Assembly (NCBI RefSeq): GCF_006345805.1
Contig: NC_043011.1
Location: 4,216,001 to 4,280,000, forward strand
Origin: Octopus sinensis
Lineage: Eukaryota
Length of the DNA: 64,000 bases
Direction: 5' to 3'
Shown here piece by piece: positions 40,732-54,615 of this stretch. Within the stretch, counting starts at the first letter, position 1; each line of letters begins with the position of its first letter. Made by a program: the position numbers and the translations under genes. The notes beneath the pieces are model-generated. The model had not been told where the DNA came from. It worked only from the letters and a program-made list of their open reading frames with translations, and made no database searches.

Positions 40732-40953
40732 CCCTTTCGTTACTGTATTTATTTTGAGATGCTCTGTGTTTCTTTCAATTAATTTTAAATATTAGAAAGA
40801 ATTTAGTAAAATAACTTAGTTATCATTCAGCTAGTGTTAGGAACATAAATTGTGACTAAAGTTTGGTGGAAGATTTTAACTCAAAACTTATGAAAACAAG
40901 ACATTTGTACCTCAGAGCCAGAGCTGGTTTCAACCGGGTTGGTAACGAAAGGG
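40732..40953. mobile_element. piggyBac-type MITE (222 bp)
   Basis: TTAA|CCCTTTCGTTAC ... GTAACGAAAGGG|TTAA. Confidence 0.92.
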
Positions 40954-41539
40954 TTAAAGAGTTTAGTTAATCCAGTCATGCCCAGTTCTTATTATTTTCA
41001 ATCTGGTACTTATTTTATCAGTTCCTCTTTGCTGACTTCATTTATCCTCAATGCTGCATCTCTCACAAACGCCGACCAGGCCTGGCAATTTGATGCCAAC
41101 GACCGAGTGATCTCTAACCACTCCTTATTCCAGCGGCAAACGCCATAGATATGGGGGCCTAGGTTGGGTTCCAGATCAGCCAGGTTTTTCGTTGTCCACC
41201 ACATTGCTTCGCCAACCCTGAAGGGGAGCTGGGGCAATTGCTTCACAGATGAATTCTCCTGGTTGACAACCAGGAAGTTATCTTCGGATCGTTGTGACTA
41301 TTTTAATTAACATCTACTCATCTCATTCTGAAAGGAGCCTCTTTCTACCATGTCCACTCTTGTTCTCCTACAAACACGTATCTTGATGCTTCACAGTTAT
41401 GTTGCTAGCAGTTGATCTAGCCATAATGAAATTCTTACATAGTGTCTTGTACCCATCGTCAGCAGCATGAGTATCAACAATCTTCTTCCTTAGGTTAGAA
41501 CTGTGCTTTTGCACCTTCATCAAAATATCGCAGATAGAA

Positions 41540-41836
41540 TGGAAGCACTCCACAGACACGTGCACCCTTAACGTAGTTCTCGGGGATATTCAGCGTGACA
41601 CAGAGAGTGACAAGGCCGGCCCTTTGAAATACAGGTACAACAGAAACAGGAAGTAAGAGTGAGAGAAAGTTGTGGTGAAAGAGTACAGCAGGGATCACCA
41701 CCATCCCTGCCGGAACCTCATGGAGCTTTAGGTGTTTTCGCTCAATAAACACTCACAACGCCCGGTCTGGGAATCGAAACCGCGATCCTACGACCACGAA
41801 TCCGCTGCCCTAACCACTGGGCCATTGCGCCTCCAC
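41540..41836 (-). mobile_element. SINE family C (3' internal deletion) nested in Tc1 relic
   Basis: Family match, TSD cagatagaat. Confidence 0.88.
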
Positions 41837-42003
41837 CACAGATAGAATAGTTTATTGACCAAAAGAAGGTTGCAACAAGATTGTGCAAGCAATGCCCTGT
41901 AGCCTTGCCATGCATTCTTCTAGAACTTACTGTAGTTTTGAACTTTCTCAGGATGATGTAACCTCTTTTTATGATATGTATTCTTATATTCTTGTATTCT
42001 GAA

Positions 42004-42236
42004 GGCTGCGAGCTGGCAGAAACATTAGCACGCTGGGCGAAATGCTTAGTGGTATTTCGTCTGTCGCTACACTCTGAGTTCAAATTCCGCTGAGGTCGAC
42101 TTTGCCTTTCATCTTTTCGGGGTCGATTAAATAAGTACCAGTTACGCACTGGGGTCGATGTAATTGACTTAATCCGTTTGTCTGTTCTTGTTTGTCCTCT
42201 CTGTGTTTAGCCCCTTGTGGGCTGTAAAGAAATAGG
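42004..42236 (+). mobile_element. SINE family B nested in Tc1 relic
   Basis: Family match. Confidence 0.9.
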
Positions 42237-43081
42237 TATGTATTCTTATATTGTAGCCCATATCAGTGTGTTTTACAATGCAGTAATCAAATTGTTATGT
42301 AGGTGCCAATAATTTTGGGCTACACTTGAAACTATTATTACCAGGTTACACATTACCAGACGTCCTCCTTTGGTAAAATTTATGCTTTTGTTGTTCACAT
42401 TCTTGTGACATAAGAGCATTTTCATAGACATCTTATTTAGTGAGAAACTCAGTAAAAACCTATTTTTCACAAGGGGTGCCAATAATTGTGCACCTGACTA
42501 TATAAATTAATCAGAGACAGAAAATGGAATTCATGAGATTCCTTATTTAAAACCACTACAGTTGTTTCAACTCATTCTTAAAATAATCCTTATGCTTTTG
42601 TCTCTAGGTTTGAAGTTATTATTCTTTACCCTAAAGTAACAACCAATTACAACAAAAGAAGATGATTTTACTTTTATTAGGATACACCCTTCCTTAACAC
42701 ATGTCTCATTTTAAGCTTACAACACTGAAGATAGCTACATGTGTGACTGAAAGCTCAGATTGGCCTTTTTTATCTTCTCTTTATATATATAGAAAACAGT
42801 GCTTCCATTTCTATGGTAGCCATGCTTGCTACTAAGCATTTAGTCAACAGATGTACCATTTATTCATCCATACCCGTGCGTGCGTGTGTGTGTGTGTTGC
42901 TTCAGGCCACCACAATGATTGTTTTGATTTCAGGTTTTTGTCAAGTGCCTGAGTTTGAAATGACAGCTGTGCCAGTCTTAAATATGTGAAATATATAACT
43001 CTACCTGTCTGTCATGTATTGAGTACTTAATATAAAAGTAGCCCTTTTCAATATTCAATATTGAACTAATTTCAACAGAAA

Positions 43082-43105
43082 TTATATATATATAAATATA
43101 GATTT

Positions 43106-43172
<67 letters not shown>

Positions 43173-43204
43173 ATATATATATATATGTTATAATATATAT
43201 TATG

Positions 43205-43239
<35 letters not shown>

Positions 43240-43240
43240 G

Positions 43241-43271
<31 letters not shown>

Positions 43272-43506
43272 GTTATATATATATATGATATATATATATA
43301 GATATGTATATATATATGTATATATAAATTATGTATATATATATATAGTATTAATAGATATATATGTATATATATATATGTATATATATATTATATATAT
43401 ACTATATATATATGTATGCATATATATATGTGTAATATATGATATATAATATATACATATTTATATATATATATATATATATAATATATATGCATATATA
43501 TGCATC

Positions 43507-43538
<32 letters not shown>

Positions 43539-43685
43539 ATATATGCATATATATATATGCATCTATATATATATATATATATACATATTCATATATATAT
43601 ATATATATATATATAATACATATATACACTGTATATATATATACATATATGTATGCATACATATATATATATATATATATGCATG

Positions 43686-43743
<58 letters not shown>

Positions 43744-43804
43744 CAAACAAGCAGACAAACAGATGGATAGACATAACTCACTCTCACACACACACACAAA
43801 CATA

Positions 43805-43836
<32 letters not shown>
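43082..43836. repeat. ~750-bp degenerate (TA)n tract
   Basis: Direct inspection. Confidence 0.95.
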
Positions 43837-44527
43837 AGATGTTTGTCATTTATAAACTCAAAGTATAATTACTCTGGTGGTCTCGCAAATAATTACTTAC
43901 TCAACTCATAATCATTAATTAAACACTCTTCTAATTTCATTATTCTTCTCCACATCCATTAACAACATACACACACACAACACACAAGCCTGAACACACA
44001 CTTTTACCATTGTATTTTCGAAAGTTTCTTCGTATTGTTTGTGCACAGAAGTTCTGTTATTCAGAGGTTGCTGACCTCATCTATCAGATCTCCTCTCTGT
44101 TGAAGAAAGGTCATTATTCTAGTCTTGTAATTTGATGAAAATTCCCTCGGGCCAAGGAAGGTGCCCAGTTTGTGAATAGTTTAATGCGAAATAAGCTGTT
44201 GCACTTGTGCACACATATTTCCACACATACACACCAAACACTGTAAACACATATGCATGCACACAAGCACATTCCCGCACGCATGCACACAAGCACATTC
44301 ACACACACACACGCACGCACACTCACATGCACGCACACACATGTTTGCAATGGATTTGAAATTATAACTTCTCAGCAATACCTTGCTCACCAGGATGGAT
44401 TTCTAAATATACCTCTGTATTATAGAAATGTCATTAGTCTAGACTCTCAATTGCTCCATTGCTTTAGAGAATACATACTTTAAGTGAGTTTTTCAGACTT
44501 TTATTGAAAGCTAGACATACATTCCTA

Positions 44528-44932
44528 CTGGCTGTGTGATAAGTAGTAGCTTGCTTATGAACCACATGGTTCTGGGTTCAGCCCCACTGCATGGCACCTT
44601 GGGCAAGTGTCTTCTACTATAGCCTCAGGTCGACCAAAGCCTTGTAAGTGGATTTGGTAGACGGAAACTGAAAGAAGCCTGTCGTATATATGTAAATATA
44701 TATATATATATGTATGTGTGTGTGTATACGTTTGCGTGTCTGTGTTTGTCCCCCCAACATCGCTTGACAACCGATGCTGGTGTGTTTACGTCCCCGTAAC
44801 TTAGCGGTTCGGCAAAAGAGACTGATAGAATAAGTACTAGGCTTACAAAGAATAAGTCCTGGGGTCGACTTGCTCGACTAAAGGTGGTGCTCCAGCATGG
44901 CCACAGTCAAATGACTGAAACAAGTAAAAGAG
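44528..44932 (+). mobile_element. SINE family A
   Basis: Family match. Confidence 0.9.
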
Positions 44933-46156
44933 TCCCTTCCACTTATGTTGGATGATGATTTCCTCAAAATAGTTAACATTTACATAAAGATCAATTAATC
45001 ACTTGACATTACTTGAAAAATGCATATAACTTTTAATCTTATTTTCACATGTTTTCTGACTTGATGGCCTGATAAATCCTTGTTGACAACCTTTGAGGGT
45101 AGATATGGTGTATGACTGTGTCCTTAGAGATTGTTGAGTTATCTAGAATATTTGGGTTACCTAGGAAATGTCTATTGAAATACCTGCTCATGCCAAATGT
45201 AATATAAGGGTGGGAGAGAGACTGGTTAGTAAGTGGTAAGCCTTATATGTATGTATTTAATTCATTGACTTAGTGGAGGAATGGTACCTCCCATGGCCCA
45301 TTTTAGGGTCTCTGTGTCTAGGGAAGGAAGTTATCTCCAAACTGGAAACCCGGCACAAACGCTTGCAACAGAGTGGATTCTGTAAAGGTCGCTAAAGGAG
45401 CATATATGTGTGTTCTTGCGCGCGTGTGTGTGTGTGTGTGAAAGCAGGTAGAATATTTGGGCCAGATATGGTCAGTTTAAATGCTGAAAGGTAAAATGTG
45501 TACTTGAGATATTGATTAGCATACATTGATATTATGTGAATGGGGATTAATAATGGTTTTGGTCAGTGATTGTGGGGGAGATAATTTAGAATCAATAGAA
45601 CATTTATAATATAGAGTATTGATGATATTCATCACTCTATTTGGGGTAGAAAATATTGGGTGCAGATAACAGAAATATTGATCAGTGCATGGGGACAGAA
45701 TAAATTGCAATTTATAAATCTATGTAGACATGGACAGTTTTATGGACATACCGTGAGAGAATATGACTGCTGTTGGGGTGTTGTTGGGGACCAACATGGA
45801 CAATGGGGGTGTTACATAAGATATAATCTTGTGAGTTTGTTTTGGTTAAAACAAAGAAGAGAGGTTAGACCTCAGATTGTTACATTACATGAATTAAAGT
45901 GAGTTAGGATGCTGGTGGTTATGTATCAAAACTGTTCTGAAGAACTGTCTAACAATCTTGTAGCATCTGAAATCAGAAGTACTGAATTGGACCGGCTGAT
46001 TCTGTTTGAGGTAACTGCCATCTTTTCACAACTTTCTTGAAATCTTTAACAAGTAAACCACACGAGAGAGTGAAGAGGCTACAGAACTTGTTTAAATCTG
46101 GAGTCGAATCTCTTTTAGCCGTCTCTAGTTCTGTTCAACATTATAGAGAACATATA

Positions 46157-46372
46157 CTCTTTTACTCTTTTACTTGTTTCAGTCATTTGACTGCAGCCAT
46201 GCTGGAGCACCGCCTTTAGTCGAGCAAATCGATCCCGGGACTTATTCTTTGTAAGCCCAGTACTTATTCTATCGGTCTCTTTTTGCTGAACCGCTAAGTT
46301 ATGGGGACGTAAACACACCAGCATCGGTTGTCAAGCAATGCTAGGGGGACAAACACAGACATACAAACACAT

Positions 46373-46403
<31 letters not shown>

Positions 46404-46574
46404 CATATATACGACAGGCTTCTTTCAGTTTCCGTCTACCAAATCCACTCACAAGGCATTGGTCAGCCCGCGGCTATAGTAGAAGACACTTGCCCAAGAT
46501 GCCACGCAGTAGGACTGAACCCGGAACCATATGGTTGGTTAGCAAGCTACTTACCACACAGCCACTCCTGCGCA
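46157..46574 (-). mobile_element. SINE family A
   Basis: Family match, short TSD catata. Confidence 0.9.
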
Positions 46575-47357
46575 TATAAGTCTGTGTAACAACCAAATAT
46601 CCCTTACAGTCTTATTACATGCTCCACAATGGTGAGGGGATGGGGATGGTTGAAGACCTAGCATACAATGAAGTTCAATACAAGCAAAAAAAAAGAAAAT
46701 CAGAGACATTATATGTTTACATTTTATTGGCTGCCTGTGTTTCAATAGTTCTGTTCAAACAAAGTTGACCAGGACAAAACAAGAACAGAAATAGTTATGA
46801 TTAAGCCATTGATGGACATAATGATGATCGCAATGGTGATTACTCTATAAAATATTATGAGTTATTCACACATGATTAACCTATGAACAACAGTAGTAAT
46901 ACTCTAAGTGAATTCTTTATTTGTAGTTTTGACTGATTTATTTCTACTTTTAATGGATGAATGACTTGGAAAAAAGTAAGAATTAATTAGAGGTTAGAAA
47001 CTTGATGTATGTTAAACATAGATTTTGGTGAGATAAGGCTAAATTTATGTATTTTTAACATAACCACCACGATTTTGTTGCCATGTACTTTTGAAACTGA
47101 GATATCTCTCATTCCAATCCATTTGAATGACTAAGTCCACCTTAGCCATCATTACTGTAGCCTCTACTCCTGTTACTTTCAGTCATATGCGAACAAACTG
47201 GGTTACAAAGTGTATGCATTATGCTGTATCTGCTACATTGCAACCGTCCATTTCATTAACCAGTGAGCTGAAGTATGCCATAAAATCCAAACCATACTGA
47301 AGAGGAATGCAAGGCTCGCATACTAATTCTAAGATTTTCTTCATTAGCTTCATATTT

Positions 47358-47565
47358 CAGGCATCTCCTGCATTACAGAAGCATTGTACTCCTGAAAATC
47401 TTTCTATAAATTCCATTATGAAAAACTTATTTTACCATCAACTTCCTGTTGTATGGAAGCAATTGAACATGGAATGAATGGAAAAATGCATCTTGTGTCA
47501 TAGAATTCCATGTTATGGCAAGATTTTCTGGAGTGCAATGCTTCTGTAATGAGGGGAAATGTCTG
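47358..47565. repeat. Imperfect ~52-bp inverted repeat with ~100-bp spacer (old MITE or local duplication)
   Basis: cattacagaagcattgtactcctgaaaatctt vs aagattttctggagtgcaatgcttctgtaatg. Confidence 0.8.
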
Positions 47566-48183
47566 TGTTTAGATAATTCTGCTTCACAATACTCAGCAAT
47601 GCAAAATAACAAAATAGAATAATGGTTGTGTGGTTATAAAATTTATTTTGCCATGATGTGGTGCAAGGTTTGATTTCACTTCATGACATAGCTTCAGATG
47701 GCTGAAGCAGTATTTGCTCAGCAGAAACCATGCAAAACCTGTAACATTTATATGATGTGTGTGAAGCATATCTTTTGCCATTGTACATTGATGAGAGATG
47801 TACACATCAATGAGAATACTGGGCAGTGGAGACAGAGCTTTCGAATACAAAATGGTCCCCTTATTTGTTTGGCACCGAGTTACACAAATTCCTTGCTCAT
47901 GGTCAGAAATGCAGTGAATCAGGGACTGCCTCGTTAGAGACCTGTAAGTGACAAAGCTCTTCTTCACAGTATGATAGTATGAAGGTCAGATGATTGACAG
48001 TGGTGGCAGTAAGACGGATGGTTGGATGGATAGACAGATGGGTGAACTGAAGGATGGTTGTGTGGTTAAGAGATTTGTTCCCCAACCATGTGGTTTTGGA
48101 TTCAATTCCACGGCATTGTACTTTGGGCAAATGTCTTCTGCTATGGCCTCAGATGTAAACTGAGAGAAGCCAGTCATAAATAT

Positions 48184-48305
<122 letters not shown>

Positions 48306-48713
48306 GTTTGTGTTTGTGTGTGTGTCTTCTTTTCTTGACTTCACATGATAGTTGTAGATTAGTGTCACATTCACACAAGTGGCACTGTTTATTTCCAATC
48401 TGCCATGAAAACATGTCCAGCCATGGGAAAATATTAGTTTGCTTGGAGACAGATGAGGGTTGGTGACAGGAAGGGCACCTAGTCATAGAAAATTCACCTC
48501 AACAAATAACATCTGACACATGCAAGCATAGAAAAGTAGATGTTAAAACAATGATATGGTAATATGTATATATGATGCCACTATAAATCCACCCAGGTAG
48601 AATATTCTGTGAACTGATTAGTGAATAAGCAGAGGTGTGGGGTTCTAGAGAACATGGCAACATCTCTAGTGCTAATGTTATGGAAAAATGCGGCCAAGTA
48701 CATTCTGTAATAT

Positions 48714-48904
48714 GTATTTCACTACTGCCCACAAGGGGCTAAACACAGAGGGGACAAACGGATTATGTTGATTACATCGACCCCAGGGCGTAACTGGTAC
48801 TTAATTTATTGACCTCGGCGGAATTTGAACTCAGAACGTAACGGCAGGCGAAATACGGCTACGCATTTTGCCCGGCGTGCTAACGAGTCTGCCAGCTCAC
48901 CACC
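48714..48904 (-). mobile_element. SINE family B with internal deletions
   Basis: Family match, TSD tctgtaatatg. Confidence 0.85.
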
Positions 48905-50236
48905 TTCTGTAATATGGTTGATATTAGGAAGAGCATCCAGCCATAGAAACCAAGCCAAAAAGGAAGTATACGAGGTCGATGGGGTTCCTCTGACCCATCT
49001 AGAGAACCAAATAAAAACTGATTCAAACGTGTCCAACACATCCATCACCTAGCATGAAAAGTATATGTAAAACAACGATGATGAATGTTAATAATATGCA
49101 AATGCACACACACATACGCACACACATACATGCACATGCACACACATGCACACATACATACAAAATTGTATATGACTTGTTAGATTTCATAGTATTTTAT
49201 TTTTCTGGTGTTATCTTCTATGTATATCTGTTGGTATTCCACTGATCATTAAGTTGTTAAAATGCTAATCTACTGGCCAAAAATATTACCATGATTCAAA
49301 TACTGGCACCGCACTGTATCTATAGCAAAAACATTGGTTTCATTTGCTCAAATTTACACAAGTTTAAAATGGAAATATCTGGAGTTACAGCAACAGGTAT
49401 TGCTGCTCTCAAAAATCCTACACAATCTATTGTGGAGAAAGTGGATTTATTGGCTCTCAGATTAACATGCCAAAAACACTTCCTTTTACAGTGTTTTCCA
49501 AGACAGTTTTGGGCCAAAAAGTGAAATGAAAATCAATATGGAAATAAAATATGCAGTATTTTTAATGTTTCAATACTTCAAATGATCTGCACATCTTTTC
49601 CATGTTAATGGATTCATTTTATCTCTGTTGAATTTTGATTTTCAATTGTTTCTTACAGTTCCCCAAAAATGTTACCAAAAGTTTGGAATTGCAGAATATA
49701 TTCATTGTTAAATATTATGATTTATTTGCAGAAGTTACCATTAAGGGATGCTATGTGAGGAGTTGTGAAATCTTGGCTTGATCTTGGCATGTGTGTGTGT
49801 GTAAACAGAATTACTCACACGCGTAAGGAAAATGACATGAAGAGCGTTTGTTCTCTTTGTAGAATCCTTTCTGCCTTCGTTCAATCTTATTGGACAAAGT
49901 TCCTTGATTTCACATTTCAACTGATTTTATGTTAAGTTGACTACAGTTCTGGTCATTTTGGAGATTTTTGTTTTTATAGAAAATTTATAGGAAAGTAAGA
50001 AGCTACTTTTGGCTGTTGCCAGCTTTAAGTTCTTACATATTTCGTTTATTCTCCACAAATGTATGTTGGTATTATATTGCATTGGCCATCACAAAGGAAT
50101 GAGGAAATATTAGAGCATTGTCAAAAGGGATTTGTCAGGCTTGGACATTTTCATGCATGTTTTTCAAAATATACCTTTTTTTTTTGTTCACATAAAAAAG
50201 GTAATTCTTGATGCCTCCTAAACCATGAATAATAAT

Positions 50237-50668
50237 CATCATCATCATCGTTTAACGTCCGCTTTCCATGCTAGCATGGGTTGGACGGTTCAACTGGGGT
50301 CTGAGAAGCCAGAAGGCTGCACCAGGCCCAGTCTGATCTGGCAGTGTTTCTACAGCTGGATGCCCTTCCTAACGCCAACCACTCCGTGAGTGTAGTGGGT
50401 GCTTTTTACGTGCCACCAGCACAGGTGCCAGACGAGGCTGGCAAACGGCCACGATCGGATGGTGCTTTTTACGTGCCAGATGAGGCTGGCAAATGGCCAC
50501 GATCGGATGGTGCTTTTTACGTGCCACCGGCACAGGTGCCAGACGAGGCTGGCAAACGGCCATGATCGGATGGTGCTTTTTACGTGCCACCGAAACAGGG
50601 ACCAGACGAAGCTGGCAACGGCCACGGTCGGATGGTGCTTTTTACGTGTCACCGGCACGGACGTGCCA
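50237..50668 (-). mobile_element. (GAT)n-tailed RTE-associated element with ~63-bp minisatellite
   Basis: catcatcgtttaacgtccg... followed by 4-5 repeats of gtgctttttacgtgccaccggcacaggtgccagacgaggctggcaaacggccacgatcggatg. Confidence 0.8.
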
Positions 50669-50890
50669 AATTCATTTGTCTATTGGCCACAAGGGCTAAC
50701 AAAAATCAATTAAAACATAAAGGGACAAAACACAGGACGAAAGTTACAAAGGGTTTTGTCCGTTTGAAAAAGGTCCGTGTACAAAAAGCAGGATAACAAC
50801 GAAATGTAAGTAACAATTAAAACTCCCAATAGGGGGAGGCGCTCCGAAAGGTTACTCGTGGAAAAACCCATAAAAGCCACGGGAGCCTGA
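50669..50890 (-). mobile_element. Probable LINE 3' UTR fragment sharing its tail with SINE family B
   Basis: The minus strand ends ttgtccctttatgttt...ttagcccttgtggccaatagacaaat. The SINE B tail is ttgtcccctctgtgtttagccccttgtgggcaataaagaaat. Confidence 0.55.
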
Positions 50891-51120
50891 TTAATAATAA
50901 TTTCTGACATAGACACTAGGCTACATATCTTGGAAAAGAGTATAACTGATAGCATTGATCCTTGATACTTCACTGGTACCTATTTTATCTTTGAAGGATG
51001 AAGGATGACCATTGACTTCAGCTAAGTAGATACGAGTGTCAGAAAGTAAAAAAAAAAAAAATCATAAGTGAATATCACAAAACTTCATTTTGTCAGCACA
51101 GTGCTCTTTTGGTGTAATGT

Positions 51121-51359
51121 CTCTTTTACTCTTTTACTCTCTTTTACTTGTTTCAGTCATTTGACTGCGGCCATGCTGGAGCACCGCCTTTAGTCGAGCA
51201 ACTCGACCCTGGGACTTATTCTTTTTGTAAGCCCAGTACTTATTCTATCAGTCTCTTTTTGCTGAACTGCTAAGTGATGGGGATCGTAAACACACCAGCA
51301 TCGGTTGTCAAGCAATGCTAGGGTGACAAACACAGACACACAAACACACACATACACAC

Positions 51360-51399
<40 letters not shown>

Positions 51400-51575
51400 T
51401 ATACACATATATACGACAGGCTTCTTTCAGTTTCCGACTACAAAATCCACTCACAAGGCATTGGTCGGCTCGGGGCTATAGCAGAAGACACTTGCCCAAG
51501 ATGCCACGCAGTGGGACTGAACCCGGAACTATGTGGTTGGTTAGCAAGCTACTTACCACACAGCCACTCCTGCGC
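51121..51575 (-). mobile_element. SINE family A
   Basis: Family match. Confidence 0.9.
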
Positions 51576-52061
51576 CACTCCTCCTGTCTGTGTAATTTCC
51601 TTAGATAAGTCACATGTAAAACTAAATGAATTTAGCTTCATGTTGTAGTCACGTTCTAGTATCCATTGTGTATTTTTGGGAGCTAAAGGATCAGATGAAC
51701 ACTTTTGTTTCGTTATGTTGGAGATCTATTTGCGTCATTTGTATAATTTGTGAAGTCTTTATGTAAAGCTGTTCATCATCATTTTGACATGTGTTATCCA
51801 TGCTGGCATGGGTTGGATGGTTTGACAGGAACTGGTCAGCTGTAGAACTGCCCAGGTATCACATCTATGTTGGCATGGTTTTTTATGTCTGGAAGCCCTT
51901 TATAACACCAACCACATTACATAGTGTACTGGGTGTCTTTTATGCTGCTCCAGTATGGGTGCTTTTATGTGGAGCTGGCACAGGTACTTTTTACATGGCA
52001 CCAGCGTCCATGTGCCTGCAAGTTTCAGAATGATCCACTGAAGAGGGATGCAGGGGACATA

Positions 52062-52291
52062 CCTATTTCTTTATTACTCACAAAGGGCTAATCAGAGGGG
52101 ACAAACAAGGACAGACATAGGTATTAAGTCGATTACATCGACCTCAGTGCGTAACTGGTACTTAATTTATCAACCCCGAAAGGATGAAAGGCAAAGTCGA
52201 CCTCGGCGGAATTTGAACTCACAACGTAACGCAGACGAAATACCGCTAAGCATTTCACCTGGCGTGCTAACGTTTCTGCCAGCTCGCCGCC
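52062..52291 (-). mobile_element. SINE family B
   Basis: Full length, TSD gggacatacct. Confidence 0.9.
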
Positions 52292-54211
52292 TTAGGGACA
52301 TACCTGTATATAAGGACATGATCTACAAAACAGAGATTTGTATAGTGATTTTGTTTGCTATAGATTTCATCAGAAACGTTAATGACCAACACAGTACTCA
52401 GTATAGTTGTTGTAAACCTAGTGAAAGGTTTTCAATATTCTTCACTAAATATCATGACAACGAATGGCTCACAGTTTCGTTCACATTGTTTTGATGTCTG
52501 TTATGTTGTCTTTTGTGTGCTGTCTGAATAAAATTGAAAACATTCTATGCTTTTGTGTATATTAATTTTTCTTTATTCTCATAAATATCAAAATTGGTAG
52601 AAATAGCAAAAGTCTAAAATTGTCATTTATAATTGCCATTTTAATAAATAAAGTTGCAAAGACATAATGCAATACAACATTCTACTTTTAGAAACTTACT
52701 TGCTTCTTGCAGAAGTAAAATAATCATGAATTAAACATACGTTTTTAATCCCATAAAGACAGAAATCATGACAGAACTCTCGCTTGTCTACTTATTCTTA
52801 CTCTCTTCTTTCTGTTTTTCTTAATAATATTGTAATGATCTATAACTGACACAGATGTGTTTATATCCCTCGTGTAGAAGAGACAAGTAAATTCAATTCT
52901 CGACATTTAATCTTTTACAAAGTATATGTAGAAAATCAAGAGGTTCCAGATGTGTCATGAGACCCATGTTTGGGATTATATGCTCAAACTTCAGTGCAGC
53001 TAATATCACATTTTACCCTACAAAATTTCATCACGCAAATTGTCCTATGATCAAATAAATACATCAACCATTCTCTATTTGTTTCTTTTTTAAACCAGAG
53101 CAGTAACTACTTCAGGATTGTCTCTCATTCATGGTCGAGTGTAGTGTCAGATTTAGGCAGAAGCTAAACAAACTATAGCTTAGGGCCTTCAAAGAAGCAA
53201 GGGGCTTCGAAATAATAAAAAGGTTCACATATGTTTTCAATTTTTGCAAGATAATCTGGTATAGTTTTTTTAACAAGGACCCCCAGCAAGATGTGTTTTT
53301 CCCAACTACATGGTTTCAGATTCAGTGTGCCTTGGGCAAGTGTGTTCAACTGTAGCTCTGGACCAACCAAAGCTTTGTAAGTGGACTTGGTAGATGAAAA
53401 CTAAAAGAAGCTCATTGTCTATATAAATGTGCGTATGTGTGTGTGTGTACATAGAGTGTTTGTGTCTGTCCTTCTACTGCTTGACAACCAATGTTGGTCT
53501 GCTTAAATCCCCATAATTTAGCAGTTTGGCAAAAGAAATAGTACAAGACTTTAAAAAATAAGTACTGGGGCAATTTGTTCACCTAAAATCCTTCAAGGTA
53601 GTGCCCCAGCATGGCCACTGTGCATTGACCAAAAATGTTTTATATAGCTTATGACTCCACCAGGTCTAACTCCAGCACTGGTTTGAGTGGATATTGTTTT
53701 GCAAGATGATGATAATATTGGAGTGGATTGCAAAATAAAAGACTTTATGCTGAAGAAATTGATGATGGTCTGCTTTCTTAAAAGTCAGACAAATAAAATA
53801 CTGAAAATGGAATATTTTTCTGTTTAGAGAAGAAGAGCATTTTGGGCTGGTTGTTACTCCCTCTCCGAGGAAAAATTCTCTTCTCTGGCAGAGAGTCTTC
53901 CCCAGAATGTGTGAAGCTTTCTGTCTTCTGAATATGTAAACGTATTTCCATTTTGTGGACTTAATTGTCTGGAGGGTTTGCCTGAATTTCCTTGTAAAAG
54001 GGAGAAATTCTTTTTACTACTATTACTGTGAGAGCTGCTGCTGCTACCACCACCACCAGTACTAGTAGTAGTACTAGTAGTAGTTATTCCCTCTCTTCAT
54101 CTTCAGCGCTGTGGAGAAATTATAAGAAACAACCAAGCAAAACAAGAACATAACAATTTATAAGGTTCATGCAGTGAAACAGAGAGATAAATTGAATAGG
54201 TTATATATATA

Positions 54212-54615
54212 TACTCTTTACTCTTTTACTTGTTTCAGTCATTTGACTGCGGCCATGCTGGAGCACCACCTTTAGTTGAGCAAATCGACCCCGGGACTTA
54301 TTCTTTGTAAGTCCAGTACTTATTCTATCGGTCTCTTTTGCCGAACCGCTAAGTGACGGGGACGTAAACACACCAGCATCGGTTGTTAAGCAATGCTAGG
54401 GGGACAAACACATACACACACATACATATATATATATATATACATATATACAACAGGCTTCTTTCAGTTTCCGTCTACCAAATCCACTCAGAAGGCATTG
54501 GTCAGCCTGGGGCTATAGCAGAAGACACTTGCCCAAGATGCCATGCAGTGGGACTGAACCCGGAACCATGTTGCTGGTTAGTTAGCTACTTACCACACAG
54601 CCACTCCTGCACCTA
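54212..54615 (-). mobile_element. SINE family A
   Basis: Family match. Confidence 0.9.

Larger units (their letters stand above)
41330..42500 (-). pseudogene. Tc1-like transposon 5' relic carrying two nested SINEs
   Basis: TIR-like agtcaggtgcacaattattggcacccc at ~42473-42499 (minus strand). N-terminal HTH MKVQKHSSNLRKKIVDTHAADDGYKTLCKNFIMARSTASNITVK. Confidence 0.75.

Noticed and set aside
50395-50660. CRISPR-like regularly spaced repeats
   Set aside because: The 'spacers' are near-identical, so this is a minisatellite inside a retroelement. The context is eukaryotic and there are no cas genes.
54107-54164. Possible exon after the strong acceptor ttccctctcttcatcttcag
   Set aside because: The donor (GTTCAT) is weak and there is an in-frame stop in the most plausible frame.
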